A program made the position numbers and the translations under genes. Under the pieces are notes generated by a model that had not been told where the DNA came from, searched no databases, and saw nothing but the letters and a program-made list of their open reading frames with translations. Of a stretch of DNA of 64,000 nt, positions 59,901 through 64,000 are shown in pieces (position 1 is the stretch's first letter; each line of letters begins with the position of its first letter). Source of the stretch: a virus (lineage: Duplodnaviria; Caudoviricetes); the IMG/VR virus record IMGVR_UViG_3300047557_002530. One strand, 5' to 3'.

Positions 59901-62620
59901 TAACAACCGCAAGTTCTTATAATCAATTTGATTATTGCGATATTCAATCGGTCAATGGTATAAGAAATACGGATATTATTGACATTAGACCAAGAGTTTC
60001 TAACTTTACTGTAACCACATCTTCATTATCTCCATTTGAGTTTAATGCAAGATCATTTACTTCAAGTGGCAATTCTGCTTCCAGTATTTTGGCATCTGAC
60101 GAATCCATCTTATTTGATTACTCATATTATCTACCAAGAATAGATAAGATTTATCTAACTAAAGATGGTGTTTTCCAACTAAACAAAGGAGAACCCGCAG
60201 ATAATCCTCAACCACCAATTGATATTGATGATGCACTTGATATTGCAACTATTACTCTACCTGCATACTTATGTGATGTCAATGATGCAAGTTTAAATCT
60301 TGCAGAACACAAGAGATATAGAATGAAAGACATTCATTCTCTTGAAAATAGAATTAAAAATCTAGAATACTATACTTCACTATCACTTTTAGAGTCTGAC
60401 ACATCAAATCTATTTGTTAGAGATGTAAACGGTCTTAATAGATTTAAGTCCGGATTCTTTGTAGATGATTTTTCTACAACTTCGACTCAGAAAAAAGTAA
60501 CTATCGTAAAAAATAGTATTGATGTCATTAATTCCGAATTAAGACCTGCACCATATACAACAGAAGTTGACCTAATTTTGGGTTCAAACTCTCTTATTGG
60601 ATTGGGAGTTACTTCAACAAATGTAGATCCAAACTTTGTAAGCGATTTGATAGGCACAAATGTCAAAAAGACTGGTGGACTTATTACTCTAGATTATTAT
60701 GAAGTTGAAGAAATAAATCAACCATACGCAACAAGAGTTGAATCTGTTGCCCCATACCGTGTTGGTTATTATGGCGGAACTATTAACCTCACTCCATCTT
60801 CTGATATTTGGGTTGATGTAGTGAGACTGGCGGCAAACAGTACAGAAGTTGCCACAAACTACATTCAATCAGAATCCCAAATTGTTGCTTCAGAACTAGA
60901 CAGTCAAAGTGGATTTGGTCCAGTAACTTGGGGTTCTTGGGAAACTGTTTGGACTGGATCTACAACAGCGGTAGATTCACGAACAGTTAATGTTGGATAT
61001 TATATTATTAAGGAAGATTTGGAAACGGTAACTAAAACAGGAACAACCACAAGATCTGGTGTTAGAAAAATCACTAAAGAAGAGTTGAAGAATGTTTCGT
61101 TAGGTGATACTGTACTAAGTACAGATATTAGTTCCTTTATGAGATCTAGAAACATTGAGTTTGTTTCTAGAAGATTAAAACCATTTACTAGGGTTTATAC
61201 CTTCTTCAATGGGATTGATGTTAATAAGTTTGTTACTCCCAAACTACTTGAAATCACAATGACTTCAGGCACTTTCCAAGTCGGAGAGACTATTGAAGGC
61301 AATATTGAACTTTCTACTGCACCTGGATTTGCTAACTTGAATGTTGCGCCAGTTAAACCAGATCCCAAAATAACGTTTAGAGTTGCAACATCAAATCACA
61401 AATATGGTCCATTTAATGCACCAACTGAAGTATTTACTGCAAACCCATACAACTCATCGCAACCCATACCAGAAACTTATTCTTCAACTTCGACCATTCT
61501 AAACGTAGATACATTTAGTCTTTCTCAACAAGCACAAGGTGATTTCTTTGGTTACGTCCAAACAGGAATGAAACTAAGAGGTTTAACAAGTGGCGCTGAA
61601 GCAGTGGTTTCTAATATCAGATTGATTACAGATACTATTGGTGTCTTAATTGGATCTTTTTATATTCCAAATCCAAATGTTTTTGGAAATCCAAGATTTG
61701 AAACAGGTTCTAAATTGTTTAGGATCACCAATAGCCCTTCAAACTCACTTATCGATTCGACTACAACGAGTGCAGAAGAGAAATTCTATTCGGAAGGTAA
61801 GATTAATAGAGTTCAAGAAAATATTCTTTCTGTCAGAACAGTAAGAACAGAAACTCAAACAGTTACAGAAAGTAGAACTGAGAGTCTCACTGGGCCAACA
61901 GCAGTGGTTGCTACTACTATTGTTGGCAATACACTACCTCCTTATGTACCACCAGCTCCACCGGTTGTGCCCGCAGATCCACCAACGCAAGTTGATTACG
62001 AGCAAGAACCAGCTCCATCTTCATATCCTCCAGTTCAGGACACTCCAGTTGGTCCAACTGGACCAACTGGACCAACTGGACCAACCGAGACTAGTGGACC
62101 AATTACACCAACTGGAAGTGTTGAACCATTGCCTACTAAAAATGAAACCGCTGCAGGAGGAGGGTCTTGTAAACCGGGAATGGAATATCTTAATACATCA
62201 ACAACTATTGGGTCATACAGATATCAAAGTAACATTTACGCAGGAGAAACAACAGCATTCTCTATTCCTCTACAAACTGTTAAGGGCAAAACTTGGGCTC
62301 AAATTGCAGACAAGAGTGGCAAAAAAGCAGCAAATAAAGCATTTAAAAATTGTGGTATAAAACCAACCACTACCGACAAATCAACTTCTTTACAGCAACA
62401 AGCGATTAATTTTAAAACAACTAAAAAGCAGAAAAATGAATTGCCATTAAAAGGTGCTCCTGGTGCTGCTGGTGCTGTTAGAAAACAATTAGAACAAGAT
62501 AAAATTATTAAACCACAAAAAACAAGAGGACCAGGAGGATTGCTATCAATTACTCCAACGACAATAAATAATGTTCCTGCAGGTAAAGGCAAGAAAAATA
62601 CAAATAAAAATAGAAGATAA
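56951..62620 (+). CDS. VrlC/DUF4815-like virion structural protein, N-terminal part
   Basis: TNLNVSPYFDDF...YYRVLFKPGYPIQARELTTLQS; APGADRL; ARRTYDESGNY; GFFVDDF. Confidence 0.85.
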   Translation: MPQQTNLNVSPYFDDFDREDQYYRVLFKPGYPIQARELTTLQSMLQSQIEQVGDHFFKEGSVVIPGNINYIDNYYAVELQESYLGVNILSYLPYLIGKTIRGASSGVRASVVGVLSSEDSERGNNTIYVNFLNSDVASNSYQGFSSNEVLLVESGVSEQNTLDIERNTIIQANEGFAATISSNPNSIGSAVSLSEGVYYLRGHFVTVDEQTIILDQYSNNPSYRVGLDVFEVIETPDDNIDLNDNAQGFSNYAAPGADRLSIVAILTKIPVNDPNPVATPNFVQLLEVRNGILQRQINNPDYNVIEKELARRTYDESGNYYVKSPSVSVKETLDDLKGNGGVFKENQLTYNNNKASDDLATYTISPLKAFVSGYEIDVVGTTYLDFEKPRTTKLLEDQSINYVTGPTYTLNRVYGSPALGISTSYSLSLRNSRVGSNSISSPGKEIGLARVYDFALESGSYNTSTPNANEWDIALYDIQTYTEISLNEPITLTTPTYIKGKSSGAVGFLRYNASNSGIITAYNTKGTFVIGEKFIFDGIENTRVSTAVTAYSTSDVKSLYGIVGSASTFTADVKQSTLANVGQVQITATGGGISTVTSADFIFTGIATVGNIVAFSNPGLSANTFAKIETVSQSAITISGITTVIGVCDGGLPTTTINPSDFRILFSNFQSSVDNTLYTTLPKRNIASVDLTNSALTVRKQYNVTISTNSTNTIIAESDETFLPYDEERYVLITDNGTTESLSSDKLVFSSGGREITINGLSTSSGTGKLIATLRKVDIDSKVKNKNRIQSVIVDKSKYQYSGTGTTTNNDGLTYGTYPYGTRVQDEEICLLQPDVTVLYGIYESNDTSDAELPSLTLTTINGPTAKTDDLLIGEEFVGSLSGAVGVYAERLNALQVSYVARNSNKFQVNEVVTFKESGITATITAVNGGDNNIISNYIFDNGQRETIYDYARIIRKASAKEPTRKLKIIFESASFSSSDSGDLTTASSYNQFDYCDIQSVNGIRNTDIIDIRPRVSNFTVTTSSLSPFEFNARSFTSSGNSASSILASDESILFDYSYYLPRIDKIYLTKDGVFQLNKGEPADNPQPPIDIDDALDIATITLPAYLCDVNDASLNLAEHKRYRMKDIHSLENRIKNLEYYTSLSLLESDTSNLFVRDVNGLNRFKSGFFVDDFSTTSTQKKVTIVKNSIDVINSELRPAPYTTEVDLILGSNSLIGLGVTSTNVDPNFVSDLIGTNVKKTGGLITLDYYEVEEINQPYATRVESVAPYRVGYYGGTINLTPSSDIWVDVVRLAANSTEVATNYIQSESQIVASELDSQSGFGPVTWGSWETVWTGSTTAVDSRTVNVGYYIIKEDLETVTKTGTTTRSGVRKITKEELKNVSLGDTVLSTDISSFMRSRNIEFVSRRLKPFTRVYTFFNGIDVNKFVTPKLLEITMTSGTFQVGETIEGNIELSTAPGFANLNVAPVKPDPKITFRVATSNHKYGPFNAPTEVFTANPYNSSQPIPETYSSTSTILNVDTFSLSQQAQGDFFGYVQTGMKLRGLTSGAEAVVSNIRLITDTIGVLIGSFYIPNPNVFGNPRFETGSKLFRITNSPSNSLIDSTTTSAEEKFYSEGKINRVQENILSVRTVRTETQTVTESRTESLTGPTAVVATTIVGNTLPPYVPPAPPVVPADPPTQVDYEQEPAPSSYPPVQDTPVGPTGPTGPTGPTETSGPITPTGSVEPLPTKNETAAGGGSCKPGMEYLNTSTTIGSYRYQSNIYAGETTAFSIPLQTVKGKTWAQIADKSGKKAANKAFKNCGIKPTTTDKSTSLQQQAINFKTTKKQKNELPLKGAPGAAGAVRKQLEQDKIIKPQKTRGPGGLLSITPTTINNVPAGKGKKNTNKNRR

Positions 62621-62675
62621 AACGTTATTAATAAATATATTATATTGGATCCAATCAGAAAGGTAAAAAAATAAA

Positions 62676-64000
62676 ATGAAAATAATAGATCCTTTGGCTC
62701 AATCTTTTTATGTTGAACCGGAAAGTGGCATTTTTGCCACTTCCGTTGATTTATATTTTTATTCAAGAGATCCAGAACTTCCAGTAACTATTCAGTTAAG
62801 ACCCATGCAATTGGGTCTTCCAACTAGTGAGGTTTATCCATTTAGTGAAGTGGTAATTGACCCAAAGGATATTCAAATTTCCGAAGATGCATCTTTACCA
62901 ACTAGAGTTACTTTTGAATCTCCAGTCTATCTTGCAGGAAAACAGTTTCATGCATTAGCAATTTTATCAAACTCTAGCGTTTATAACGTATGGATTTCAA
63001 GATTAACTGAGATTGATGTCAGTACTACTGCTCTCGCAGAGCAAGAGCAAGTTTTAGTTTCTAAACAACCATTAAGTGGTTCATTATTTAAGTCGCAAAA
63101 TGGATCTACCTGGACTCCGAGCCAATTTGAAGATTTAAAATTTAAGTTAAACAGAGCAAACTTTGTAGGAAGTGGAAATATAAACTTTTATAATCCAAAT
63201 TTAAGTCTGGGTAACAATCAAGTAGCTACATTAGTAAGAGACTCCTTAGAGGTAACTTCTAAAAAAGTTAAAGTTGGAATTGGAACTACAATTGCAACAT
63301 CAAATCTTCCCACTTTGGGAAATACAATCATCCAACAAAATAGCAATGCTACAGGCAATTTTGTTGGATATGCGGGATCTGCATTCGGAACTCTAGGAAT
63401 TATTAATGCGGGAATTGGATATACGCCTTCTTCAGGATCTTTTGTATTTAATAATGTTGTACTGAATACAATAACTGGAGATGGTAGAGATGCAAGAGCA
63501 AATATTACTATAACAAATGGAGTTGCAGTAGCTGCAACAATCTCAAATGGTGGAACTGGATACTCCACAGGAGACGTATTGGGAATATCAACGATCGGTG
63601 CACAAAATCTTGGTAGAAACTTAAGACTGTCTGTTTCAGAAGTTTCTGGAGTAAATCAACTAATTATAGATCAAGTTCAAGGAGAATATATTACTGGTGT
63701 CGGAAACACTGTAAGATATGTGAATAATGCAGGAGTTTCTACAGATTTAAATGGCACTGGCGGAAATGTTATCATTCCTATTGGAGGAATAGAAACAATA
63801 TCTGATGGATTGCATATCAAGGTTTACCACAAAAATCATGGAATGAATTCTTCCCAGAATTTGGTAACAATAAGTAATGCAATATCCGATTTGAAACCAA
63901 CTAAACTTTTTAGTAATTATTCATCAACTTCAACTGACAGTATTCCCGTAGAAAGTATTTCTATCGCTAACTTTGATACTTTTGAGAATGTTTCTGTTGC
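62676..64000 (+). CDS. VrlC/DUF4815-like protein, C-terminal part as a separate gene; runs off the window and is absent from the ORF track
   Basis: MKIIDPLAQSFYV...TSVDLYF; GSLFKSQNGSTWTPSQFEDLKF; own ATAAATA at 62631. Confidence 0.85.
   Translation, partial: MKIIDPLAQSFYVEPESGIFATSVDLYFYSRDPELPVTIQLRPMQLGLPTSEVYPFSEVVIDPKDIQISEDASLPTRVTFESPVYLAGKQFHALAILSNSSVYNVWISRLTEIDVSTTALAEQEQVLVSKQPLSGSLFKSQNGSTWTPSQFEDLKFKLNRANFVGSGNINFYNPNLSLGNNQVATLVRDSLEVTSKKVKVGIGTTIATSNLPTLGNTIIQQNSNATGNFVGYAGSAFGTLGIINAGIGYTPSSGSFVFNNVVLNTITGDGRDARANITITNGVAVAATISNGGTGYSTGDVLGISTIGAQNLGRNLRLSVSEVSGVNQLIIDQVQGEYITGVGNTVRYVNNAGVSTDLNGTGGNVIIPIGGIETISDGLHIKVYHKNHGMNSSQNLVTISNAISDLKPTKLFSNYSSTSTDSIPVESISIANFDTFENVSV

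Noticed and set aside
62050-62100. Collagen domain (GPT repeats)
   Set aside because: Only about four Gly-X-Y triplets, too short for a triple helix; treated as a linker.
103-63568. Minus-strand and alternate-frame ORFs in the track (e.g. 1198-1629, 1885-2211, 28414-28968, 30866-31573, 41046-41321, 61908-62360, 63218-63568)
   Set aside because: Shadows of plus-strand genes with Phe/Leu/Ser/Ile-rich composition and no translation signals. Only 20598-20798 has a Shine-Dalgarno, promoter and terminator.

Overview
A 64-kb segment of a large T4-like myovirus. The gene content, TTTTCCACA boxes and promoter classes point to a cyanomyovirus (Kyanoviridae-like, probably freshwater); this host call is inferred. 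(1) 1-36.3 kb is a dense plus-strand region of small early/accessory ORFs. It is punctuated by about 20 copies of a promoter element: a 20-bp palindrome (KGMCAS-N8-STGKCM) 50-52 bp before a -10 hexamer. It contains two homing endonucleases, an SF2 helicase, a TOPRIM protein, an ArdA-like protein, an IceA/NlaIII-like nuclease plus an N6-adenine methyltransferase, tRNA-Ala and tRNA-Arg, and late-promoter-driven proteins carrying the T4 capsid-targeting motif MKTFKEF. (2) 36.3-38.1 kb is largely non-coding. It holds an origin-like cluster (AT-rich tract, DnaA-type boxes, 10-bp tandem repeats, a leftward consensus promoter, a 16-bp inverted repeat) and a five-unit array with an exact 72-bp period. 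(3) 38.1-64 kb has an HNH gene, a glycosyltransferase-like gene and the late baseplate module: gp25, gp6, a 4161-aa gp7, gp8 and a VrlC/DUF4815-like protein split into two genes. The most novel-looking signal lies upstream of the two unrelated homing endonucleases. Both carry the same cassette: late promoter, short stem-loop RNA ending at a terminator, second late promoter, then a 5' UTR complementary to that copy's own RNA loop. This suggests orthogonal sRNA/endonuclease pairs. Family names come from motif recognition by eye; no searches were run.
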